From positions 3,708 to 67,707 of the IMG/VR virus record IMGVR_UViG_3300028648_000064: a stretch of 64,000 nt of DNA. One strand, written 5' to 3'. The stretch is from a virus. Position numbers and translations under genes: made by a program. How positions within the stretch are numbered: position 1 is the stretch's first letter; every line of letters begins with the position of its first letter. The notes beneath the pieces are model-generated. The model worked only from the letters and a program-made list of their open reading frames with translations, searched no databases and was not told the origin of the DNA. Below are positions 27,309-35,800 of the stretch, piece by piece.

Positions 27309-28346
27309 CTAGGCGGCCGCGGTCGCCGTGCTACGGGAGAGGTGGTGCAAGAGGGTCCGGGCCGTCCGGTCCCACGTGAAGGTGCGGACCTGGCGCGCGC
27401 CGAAGCGGGCTTTCCGCAGCGCGCGCGGGTAGTCCCGCATCATCGCGTCCATCGCGTCCGAGAGATGGGCGGGCTCGACCCAGGCGGTCTCGACCGTGAT
27501 GCCGTCGAGGCCTTCGGTCCCGTGGAACTGGCTCCGCCGCGGCGCCCAGTCGAGATAGGTGACGGTGTCGTCGTTCGTGAATTCGAGGTGCCCGCCGACG
27601 CGCGTGCAGAGGGCGGGCAGCCCGGTCGCCATCGCCTCGTGGAGCACGAAGCCGTGCCCTTCCCCGCCCGTCGGAAACGCGAACCCGTGGGCCGCCTGAT
27701 AGAGCACGACGAGCTCCGCGAGCGACGTGCGGCGGACGTCGAGCGTCAGGTTCCCGTTCCGGAACACGTAGGGCGCGACCTCGGTCCAGCCCGACCAGAG
27801 GCACTCGCGGCGGATCGCCGGGAGGTTCGTGTCGTCGGCGACCGTCGTCTTCAGCACGCATTCCGCGTCCGGCCGCCCGCGCCACCAGCGCGCCCAGGTC
27901 TCTTGCAGGACATCGGCCCCCTTCCGACCCGTCGGCGCCCCGACGTGGAGCCAGCGAAAGCGCGTCCCCGGCTTCCACGTGCGCTCGACCGCCGGGAAGC
28001 GATCGGCGTGCAGGCCGAGCGGGCAGACGACCACCGGGCACGCGACGTATTGGGCGAAGATCGGGACGTTCCACTGGCACGGCACGACGATCAGGTCGGC
28101 TGCGTGCATCTGGCCGCGCATCGCCTCCGGAATCGTCGGGGACTCGAACATGGTGAAGAGCACGTTGAAGGCGCCCGGCACCGGGACGAACGTCTGCGGC
28201 GGCTTCACGTGGAGCGCGATGTCCGCCGTCGCCTCGAAGCAGACGCCGCGCGCGGCGAGCGCCGCGTGGAGATCGTGACAGAGCCGGGCGTAGCCGAGCG
28301 TATTCCCGGCGCCCTCAAACCAGGGCGTGATCCACTGGAGCTTCAT
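27309..28346 (-). CDS. glycosyltransferase family 4 (GT-B)
   Basis: FRWLHVGAPTGRKG; LYQAAHGFAFPTGGEGHGFVLHEAMATGLP (Ex7E); ATGA coupling. Confidence 0.9.
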   Translation of the reverse strand: MKLQWITPWFEGAGNTLGYARLCHDLHAALAARGVCFEATADIALHVKPPQTFVPVPGAFNVLFTMFESPTIPEAMRGQMHAADLIVVPCQWNVPIFAQYVACPVVVCPLGLHADRFPAVERTWKPGTRFRWLHVGAPTGRKGADVLQETWARWWRGRPDAECVLKTTVADDTNLPAIRRECLWSGWTEVAPYVFRNGNLTLDVRRTSLAELVVLYQAAHGFAFPTGGEGHGFVLHEAMATGLPALCTRVGGHLEFTNDDTVTYLDWAPRRSQFHGTEGLDGITVETAWVEPAHLSDAMDAMMRDYPRALRKARFGARQVRTFTWDRTARTLLHHLSRSTATAAA

Positions 28347-29143
28347 GCCGCGCTCGCCGTGAGGCGCTTCAAGCGCCCCGTCGCATGCCACGTCTCGACA
28401 AAGCGCCGGCGATTCGGCCCCTCGTCGCATCCCGACCGCGTGCCGTGCTCGTCGTGGATCACGACGGCGTCCGTCGCCACGTGCACGTCGACGCCGCGCT
28501 CGCTCGCGCGGAGACCGAGGTCCACGTCTTCGTAGCCGCCGAACCCTGGGTAGGCTTCGTCGAAACCCCCGAGCGCATCCCAGAGCTGGCGCGCGAGCAT
28601 GAGCGCCGCGCCAGTCGCCCATCGACAGGCGCGCGGATCCGCGGGGAGCCGCGCCATCGCCGCGTCCCGATCGAGGTGCACGGGGTTCCCGTCGTCGTCG
28701 AGACCGCCACCGGCGCTGTTCACGCGGCCTGCGCGGTTGACGATCACTGGCGCCACGAACAGATGCGCCCGCCTGGCCCAGAGCGCCGCGAGTGTCGCCG
28801 GCGTCACTTCCGCATCGTCCGACAGCAAGAGCACGTGCGAGGACGCCGATGCCGCCACGGCGTCGTTACACCCCGCGGCGAAGCTCCGGTTGCTTCCACG
28901 CAACACGGTCCAGCCTCGCCGCTCCGCCGCCTCCGCCGTCTCGCGGTCCCCGCCGTTCCAGACCAGAATGCGCTCGAGGAGCATGGCGCCACACGGAGGG
29001 AGACTGTCCGCGAGGCGCGTGAAGTAGTCGGGCCGTCGGTAGGACAAGGTCACGACCGTGACGCCTTCGGGGTACGCCGGCACCCCCGCGCGCGCGAGGC
29101 CGGTGGGCATCGCGGCGGCGCGGTCGTGCATGTCGGAGGTCAT
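28343..29143 (-). CDS. glycosyltransferase family 2
   Basis: NRSFAAGCN, VLLLSDDAEV, WATGAALML, FDEAY...GYEDVDLGLR. Confidence 0.88.
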   Translation of the reverse strand: MTSDMHDRAAAMPTGLARAGVPAYPEGVTVVTLSYRRPDYFTRLADSLPPCGAMLLERILVWNGGDRETAEAAERRGWTVLRGSNRSFAAGCNDAVAASASSHVLLLSDDAEVTPATLAALWARRAHLFVAPVIVNRAGRVNSAGGGLDDDGNPVHLDRDAAMARLPADPRACRWATGAALMLARQLWDALGGFDEAYPGFGGYEDVDLGLRASERGVDVHVATDAVVIHDEHGTRSGCDEGPNRRRFVETWHATGRLKRLTASAA

Positions 29144-29643
29144 CCCGCGACCCCGCTTCGCGGATCGCCGAGCGCGTACTCGTGGTAGACGAGAAACTGC
29201 GCGTGCCCGCCGGCTTGGTCCTCGTACTGGTCCTGGACGTACAGGTCGCACTCGGAGGCTTCGACGCGGACGACGCTCCCGCCGATCACGCGATCGGGCT
29301 GCACGAGGACGCTCTCGATGTCGGCCGCGAACCGGCGCCCGACCTGCTCCCGCGTCGCCGGCGTGCACTTCGCGAGGAAGACGACTTCGAGCTCGAGGAG
29401 CGACCCCTGGATACCGATCGGCACGCCGAGGCCGATCGCGTCCCCCTGCGTCCCGGTCAGCATCTTTCGCTCCGTGCCGCTGAAGAGGTAGATCGCCGGC
29501 TGCGGCTCGGTGAGAAGCGCTTCATTCGGCCAGCGTCGATGCACGTTGCTGCCGACGGTCTGCGAGTGCGTCGGCGCCGCGATAGTACGCAACTCCGTCG
29601 CGAACTGACCGAGAATCAGCTCGAGGACGGGGTCGGTCGCCAT
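29140..29643 (-). CDS. tail terminator / completion protein
   Basis: Size, P-A-I-Y-L motif and position after the neck genes. Confidence 0.65.
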   Translation of the reverse strand: MATDPVLELILGQFATELRTIAAPTHSQTVGSNVHRRWPNEALLTEPQPAIYLFSGTERKMLTGTQGDAIGLGVPIGIQGSLLELEVVFLAKCTPATREQVGRRFAADIESVLVQPDRVIGGSVVRVEASECDLYVQDQYEDQAGGHAQFLVYHEYALGDPRSGVAG

Positions 29644-29647
29644 GGGG

Positions 29648-30307
29648 TCAGTCGTTCGGGATCGCGCCCGTCGGCCCGGCTTCGGTGAAGATCGCCGCGA
29701 TGACGCGCGCCTTCAGCTCTTCGCGGATCGACGGCACCGTCTCGTCGACGCTCCGCTGAATGGTCCGCGTCGGCCGGATGGTCGCGCGCTTCAAGCCGAC
29801 GAAGAGCGGCGTGATCGTCCGGCTCTTCTCCGTCTTCTTGCCGAACAAGATGGGGATGCCGCCGCCCCCCGCGCTGATCGTCTTCCAGAAGGTGCCGCCC
29901 TTGTAGATGTCCGCGGCCTCGCGCGCGGTGAATCGCTGCACCCCTGCCGCGGTGAGCGCCGCCGAGAGCGGCACCGTCAAGAGCCGCGCCCGCTTCGGCG
30001 TGATCGTGCCGCCGTACTCGTGGATGCGGGCGTAGCGGAGCGCCTCCTCGCCGCGGAGCACGCCGACGCGCGTCGTGATGACGTCGCCGTCCCGGTCGGT
30101 CTTGCTGTCGAGGCTCCGCCGATACGTACCGCTCCGGACGCGCAGCGTCTCGCCGGTCGCGAGCTCGCGGGCCCGATTCGCCGCCCGCCGCCCACCGCGG
30201 CGCATGACGTCAAGGCTGATGAGGGCGAGGCGCCGCGGCCCGTCCGCGAGGGTCTTGGTGAGATCCTCGAGCGGCTTCAGGTCGAGATCGACGATCGGGT
30301 TGGCCAT
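29648..30307 (-). CDS. neck / tail-completion protein (HK97 gp10-like)
   Basis: RVRSGTYRRS, YARIHEYGGTI motifs; basic protein. Confidence 0.75.
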   Translation of the reverse strand: MANPIVDLDLKPLEDLTKTLADGPRRLALISLDVMRRGGRRAANRARELATGETLRVRSGTYRRSLDSKTDRDGDVITTRVGVLRGEEALRYARIHEYGGTITPKRARLLTVPLSAALTAAGVQRFTAREAADIYKGGTFWKTISAGGGGIPILFGKKTEKSRTITPLFVGLKRATIRPTRTIQRSVDETVPSIREELKARVIAAIFTEAGPTGAIPND

Positions 30308-30314
30308 TGGCCCC

Positions 30315-30932
30315 TTACCAGTGCCGCCGGTAGCGATCGATCGCCGCGGACGCGTTCGTGCAGAGCGGCGTATTCCGGAAGTACGTGACCGACCCGCCGG
30401 ATTGCGCCTTTCCGCTGATGTCCACGTTCTCGGGGCGCTTCAAGCTCAAGAGCACCTGCTCGATGCAGGGGCGGCGGAGATTGGCGGGGATCTGGTGGAC
30501 GTCGAGGGCGAGCCCGCCAACGTACGTGATCTGGAGCGTCTGCGGGCCGTCGACGATGCCTGCCGCGGAGCGCAGGATCACCTGCCCCGTTCGCCCGCCT
30601 TGGTGGAGCGCGTAGGACGTCGGGTCGAGGGCCGTGGCACTCGCGAAGTCGCTGTCGGCATCGCTCTTGATGCTCACGATCGAGGCCACGGGATACGCCC
30701 GGAGCGCGAAGACGCGCTGCCCGCACTCGACGTCGAGCACCTCCGTCCATGGAAGGTCGACGGTGCTCTTCTTGAACCACCGGCCGGTATCCTGCTCGGC
30801 GGTCAGGCTGAAGTCGTGGATGGCGTCCGCGATCGCCTCCAGCGTCGCGAGATCAGTCGTGTTCGCCCACGCTTCCATGCCCTTCGAGTTGAGGACGTCC
30901 GCCACCGTGGCGAGGGCGATGGTCGGGGTCAC
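30315..30932 (-). CDS. head-tail connector / adaptor (205 aa)
   Basis: LRAYPVASIVSI, ITYVGG...IPANLRRPC, IDRYRR; GTGA overlap start. Confidence 0.75.
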   Translation of the reverse strand: MTPTIALATVADVLNSKGMEAWANTTDLATLEAIADAIHDFSLTAEQDTGRWFKKSTVDLPWTEVLDVECGQRVFALRAYPVASIVSIKSDADSDFASATALDPTSYALHQGGRTGQVILRSAAGIVDGPQTLQITYVGGLALDVHQIPANLRRPCIEQVLLSLKRPENVDISGKAQSGGSVTYFRNTPLCTNASAAIDRYRRHW

Positions 30933-31318
30933 TGGGTCCGCTCCACGCGCATGCCGTAGATTTCGACGAACGGACTGCCGCTCTGCGTATGCACCGCCTT
31001 CACGCGGAAGACGTGGAGCTCGGTGTCGCCGATCCCGAGGCGGGGATTCACGATCGGCGCGTCGGCGAGCTGCACGAGCCACGTGAAGAGGCCGGACGTC
31101 GCGTGGACGGTGCCGCTGTTGGCGCCCTTCACGTTCGCGTTCGCGTGGCCGACCTTCCGGTTGTTGATGGCGTCGGCGGTCTCGTGGCCCTCTCCGTTCC
31201 AGAGGTACAGCTCCAAGCTCGTCAGGTTCGCGAGCGTGATCGGCGCGCCCGTGCGGTCGACGAGCGTGAGCTCGATCGGCGCCACGACGCCCTGCTTGAT
31301 CGGGAAGACCTTTTTCAC
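30929..31318 (-). CDS. small beta-sandwich virion protein
   Basis: PIELTLVDRTGAPITL...GLFTW pattern typical of BppU-N-like domains; coupled by GTGA overlaps. Confidence 0.55.
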   Translation of the reverse strand: MKKVFPIKQGVVAPIELTLVDRTGAPITLANLTSLELYLWNGEGHETADAINNRKVGHANANVKGANSGTVHATSGLFTWLVQLADAPIVNPRLGIGDTELHVFRVKAVHTQSGSPFVEIYGMRVERTQ

Positions 31319-31500
31319 GTGATCGACTCCCCGCCGGTACCGCCGCTTCGGATGGTTTCGAGCGTCGTGGCGGCGTGCGTGAGGTTCTCGGCGACGGCGC
31401 GCGCGGCGGAGGCGGCTTCGTTCACGAAGCGGATGACGGCCGAGAGATCGGGGCCGGGACCAGCGCCGCTGCTGCCGTTGAACAGCAGCAGCAGGCTCAT
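31315..31500 (-). CDS. hypothetical protein (61 aa)
   Basis: MSLLLLFNG...; overlap-coupled at both ends. Confidence 0.5.
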   Translation of the reverse strand: MSLLLLFNGSSGAGPGPDLSAVIRFVNEAASAARAVAENLTHAATTLETIRSGGTGGESIT

Positions 31501-31649
31501 GGAGTCGCCCCTCGCAACAGCGAGACCACGAACGGAAGCGCAGCGCCGTAGGCGAACGCCGTAGCGATCACGATAGCGGCAGTGACGAGGATCCCGAGCG
31601 CAGGTAACGCGCGCGGCCTCGCGCGCCGGGTTCCGGTGGACACCGTCAT
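31497..31649 (-). CDS. small membrane peptide (50 aa)
   Basis: One hydrophobic segment; ATGA overlaps at both ends. Confidence 0.45.
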   Translation of the reverse strand: MTVSTGTRRARPRALPALGILVTAAIVIATAFAYGAALPFVVSLLRGATP

Positions 31650-31777
31650 GCCGTCCACCACGCGACGAGCTCCGACGCCCACCGCCAGCACGCCCACACC
31701 GCCACAAGCACCGCAGCACCAAGGGCGAGGACCACGAGGGTATCGATCCCGGCATAGGGGGAGCCGTGGGCGTTCAT
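31646..31777 (-). CDS. small membrane peptide (43 aa)
   Basis: MNAHGSPYAGIDTLVVLALGAAVLVAVWACWRWASELVAWWTA; ATGA overlap. Confidence 0.45.
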   Translation of the reverse strand: MNAHGSPYAGIDTLVVLALGAAVLVAVWACWRWASELVAWWTA

Positions 31778-31811
31778 GCGGCGCTCCGGGGAGTGTCCAG
31801 CGGGCAGGACA

Positions 31812-31841
31812 TTGACGGCCGCCAGATCGATTGCGTAGCGT
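31812..31841 (+). promoter_or_regulatory. candidate sigma70-type promoter for the acyltransferase
   Basis: TTGACG-18 nt-TAGCGT; ATG follows 8 nt later with no RBS. Confidence 0.4.
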
Positions 31842-31848
31842 CCCGCCG

Positions 31849-32823
31849 ATGCGCCCGGACCTCTCGCCCGCGATCGACTGGCTGAAGGCCCTCGCGATCA
31901 TCGCCGTTGTCGCGGCGCACGCCGGGCCATTCGGCTTCACACAGGCCCACCCCGTCGATGCGATCGTGCGCTTGCGGATCGTGTCCTTTCACGTCTCGGT
32001 GTTCCTGTTCGTGTCCGGATTCCTGCACAGCAGCGCCACGCCGCTGACGGCAGCAGAGACGTGGCGACGGCTTCAGCGCATCCTCGGCCCCTACCTGGTC
32101 GCGTCGCTCGCGATCACGGCCTTGCACCTGATGCCGCACGCGACGTGGAGCGCGTTGCCGTGGAATCTCGCGACCGGCAACGCACACGGGACCTACTATT
32201 ACGTGCTCGTCTGGTGCGGCTGCGTCCTCTCCGGGTTGGTGTGGTCGCGGCTGCGTGGCGGCGGACTGCTCGCGGCGCTCGCGCTGGTGGCGGTCGCGAC
32301 CGAATGGCGGAGCCGGCATGCGATCGTCGGCGTGTTTTGGGGCATCCGCGACCCGCTGTTCCAAGGGTGGTTGTTCTGTTACCTCGCCGGCTGGTGCGCG
32401 CAGCGATACGACGCGCTCGACGTCGTGCGCCGGATTCCCCGCGCCAGCGTCGGCGTGGCCCTCGTCGGTAGCCTGCCGTGGCTGCTGCGCGATAGCGCCG
32501 CTACGGCGGTCACGGATCGCCGCATCCTCTACGCGGCGAGCGTCGTCCTCCTCGTGACCGCGCTCGCACGCCACGCCCCGCCCCTGGTTCGCTGGCTGAG
32601 TCGTGAAACCTTGTGGGTGTACCTGGCGCACATGGCGATTCTGGCGCCGCTCGTCCGCGCAACCACCGCATGGCCGCCGATCGCGCGCCTCCCGGTCGTC
32701 GCGATCGTCACGCTCGCCGCGTGCGCGGCAGGCATCGCGCTCGCGCGGTGGCTCCAGCGCGTCGTGCGTCCCAACGGGCATCGTCACCACGCCTCGTCGA
32801 TGCAGACGAGCACGGTGCAATGA
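31849..32823 (+). CDS. acyltransferase family 3 (OafA-like membrane O-acyltransferase)
   Basis: IDWLKALAIIAVVAAH, FHVSVFLFVSGF, HGTYYYV, SRETLWVYLAH; about 10 TM segments. Confidence 0.9.
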   Translation: MRPDLSPAIDWLKALAIIAVVAAHAGPFGFTQAHPVDAIVRLRIVSFHVSVFLFVSGFLHSSATPLTAAETWRRLQRILGPYLVASLAITALHLMPHATWSALPWNLATGNAHGTYYYVLVWCGCVLSGLVWSRLRGGGLLAALALVAVATEWRSRHAIVGVFWGIRDPLFQGWLFCYLAGWCAQRYDALDVVRRIPRASVGVALVGSLPWLLRDSAATAVTDRRILYAASVVLLVTALARHAPPLVRWLSRETLWVYLAHMAILAPLVRATTAWPPIARLPVVAIVTLAACAAGIALARWLQRVVRPNGHRHHASSMQTSTVQ

Positions 32824-35800
32824 TGGACACCGCTCGACCATGACCCCGTGCGCGCCGCCTTGATGTGCCAAATGCTGCTTGTCGCCACCGTGTCCTTGTG
32901 GGTCGCGTCGACGCACGCCCACTCATTGGTAGCCGACGTCCCGGTGATGGTGCAGGTGACGGTTCCGGTACTCCATGTGCAGAGCCGCGCCGCCCCGTCC
33001 GTGCCGCCGGTCGCTGCACAGCTCGAGACGGGCGCCGTCTCCACGGTGAAGACGTAGGTCGCCGCGTTCGGCGCCTCGATTTGCGTCTGGCACGAGAGGC
33101 CCGAAATGGTGACGCCGGCACCGACCGGGAGGAAGGCGCCATCCTGCCCGGTGTTGGCGTAGCTGCCCGCGAAATAGGACGTGCCCGCATTGCTGCCGCC
33201 GAAGGCCACGAGCGCGCACGCGCGCACCGGCACGGCCGCCGATCCGTTCCCGACCGTTACCTGCGGCACCGTTGCCGAGCCGCCGTTCGTGTCGAAATGG
33301 AGCCGCCCCGCCGTCGTGGAGCCGGCGCTCGTCGAGTTGGGCACCGTGAACGTCGCCGGGGCGAGCGTGTCGCCGCCGCCTGCGGCGTTGGAATGGTTGT
33401 GCGTCGCGTTCGCGAAGCTCGCGATCGTAGGCGTCGTCAGCGTCTTGTTGGTCAGCGTCTCCGAGCCCGCGAGCGTCGCGACATCGTTGTCCGTCGTCGC
33501 GGCGTTGATCTTGGCGACGGAGTCCCATTCGGTGTCGCGCGTGAGCGTCGACGGAATCTCGCCGTCGGTCACGTTGATCATGGCCGCATCGAAGGTGAAC
33601 CGGCTGAGATTGCAGGCCGCGATGGTGCTGGTAGTGCCCGTGTCGACCTTACACCGCACGTCCCACGTCCCATTGATCGCGGTCGTGATGTAGTGCTCCA
33701 GGTGCATGAGGCACTGCTTGGCCGCCGTGCCTTCGCAGGTCACCCGGCGACTGGCGCCACCGCCGGAGACGTCCACGGCGTTGTTCCGCATCTTGCAGGT
33801 GAACGTCTTTGGCAGCGTGCCGCTCGCGCCTGTCATCTCGGCATCGAACGTGAGACGGGTTCCGGCCGCCGTATTCGTCCACGAACTCAAGCTCGCGACC
33901 GTCACGTAGGTGTCGGCCGTCGTGCCGTTCATGTCGCTATCGCAAGTGATGTCCTGCACGTACGTCGCTTGGGCGCCGACGCGGCGCCACTCGCCTGCGG
34001 TGTCGCAGTCGCCGCTACTCGGGACACACGACCAGACGCGGTAGTCGTCTTGATCCACGCAAATCTGGCCGACCTTGCCGTCGGTTAGCCCGGTGCAGTC
34101 GGTCGCATGCGATCGCGTCTTGTTGGTGAATGCCGTGAAGTCCGACGAGCCGAGGCACCCCGGCTGCGACCCCGACGCGGCATTGCACGAGAGCGCGAGC
34201 GTCCCGGCTTGGATGCTGCCGGTCGCAACGATCGGCGCGGCGGCGGTGACGGCTGGGGTCGGCGTGAGCGTCGGCGACGGCGTGAATGTCGCCGTGGGGG
34301 TCGGGGTCGGCGCCGTCAGGTCATGCGTCACCCCCGCCGCGCGACACTTCTTGGTGTTCGTCGTGAGATCGTACCAGCACTCGCCGTCGATCGGATTCGC
34401 GACCCACGACGCGTCGACGCTCGGCGCATCGCTACTGTCCTCGGCCGCCGCGCCCGTATCGACCCAGTGCACGCGACAGACGCCGTTGCCCGTGCAATCC
34501 GTGCTGCGGGTGCAGGTTGTGCCGTCGTTGCTACCGGCGTGGCACTTGAGCGTCCCCGGCGCCGTGACGGTCGCCAGCCGGTCGTAGTCGGTGTTCTGCC
34601 GGCCATAGACGCGGTAGCTCGTCGCGCGTCCGATCCGATCCCAAATGACCGTGACGGCGCACGCGCTCCCGGTACATCCCGACGTCGTCACCGACACAGG
34701 CGTCGACGCCGTCGTCTCGCCGTACTCCGTGAGGCCCGTGACCTTGTACTCGTACGTCTCGTTGGGAAGCGAGCCGCCGCTGGTCGCAAAGGTCGGTGTC
34801 CGTGCGGTCGTCACCGTCAAGGGGTGCGTCTGCGGCGCTGGGCACTTGAGCGTGCCTTCGTAGCTGCCGCCGCCCCACCGGCTACGCCCCGTGGCGACGT
34901 CCGCGTAGCTCAACGTCCCGGCGATGCGCCGCCGGCATGCGTCGTAGTCCAGCACCCCCGCGACCGCGACCGTCGTTCCCGTACCGACGTCCACCGCCGT
35001 GTGCGGCTGCTCCCACTGGACGACGGAATTGTTGCTCACCACACGGAGCGCCCGGACACTGACCACCGTCCGGTTTTTCTGCGCGCTCGGCGAGTCTTGG
35101 TCGCACGTGATCTGCGAGGTCTTCAGGCCGCTCACGTCCGTGGTCGCGCTCGCCCCGTTCTGGATCACGTTGTTGTCGAGGAATAGATTGAACTCGGTGC
35201 CGCACCCCTGCGCCTGAAACTCCACCACGCCGCCGCTGGCCCCTTCGCGCGTGCCGGCTTGGATGAAGCTGTTCATGACGCCAAAATCGCTCGACGAGTT
35301 GTTGCGCGGGCAGACGTCGGTCGCGTCGCACGTCGATCCCGGGCAGTCGGTCGCTTGCGTGGCGACCGTGCAGAGGCGACCGACGTTCGCGCCGCCGACG
35401 CAGACGGCGCAATCCGCGTTCGCCGCGCACGCGCGCGACGGGAGCGCCGTGCAGGTGTCGCCCCACGGCTCGAAGCGAATCGAGGTCTGCGACGAGTTGG
35501 CCGTGAACCCGAACGTCGTGATGCGATCAAAGACGTTGGTCGCGTTGCCGCGGCCCGTGAAATCGACGTCGCGACCAGCGCCCCAATGCACGAGCGACGC
35601 GTCCCGCACATTGAAACCGAAGGTGCCCCCGGTGGAACACATCGCGTCGCCGTCGCCCCAATGCTGCACGCTCATGCGCTCGAAGCGCACACTCGCGCGG
35701 TCGGTCACGTCGACCGTGCAGTCTGCCGACCCGTGGTAGAGCATCGTCGAGTTTTGGGCGGCGCCGAGATAGGTGATGTGTCCCGGCGAGGGCACGCTTC

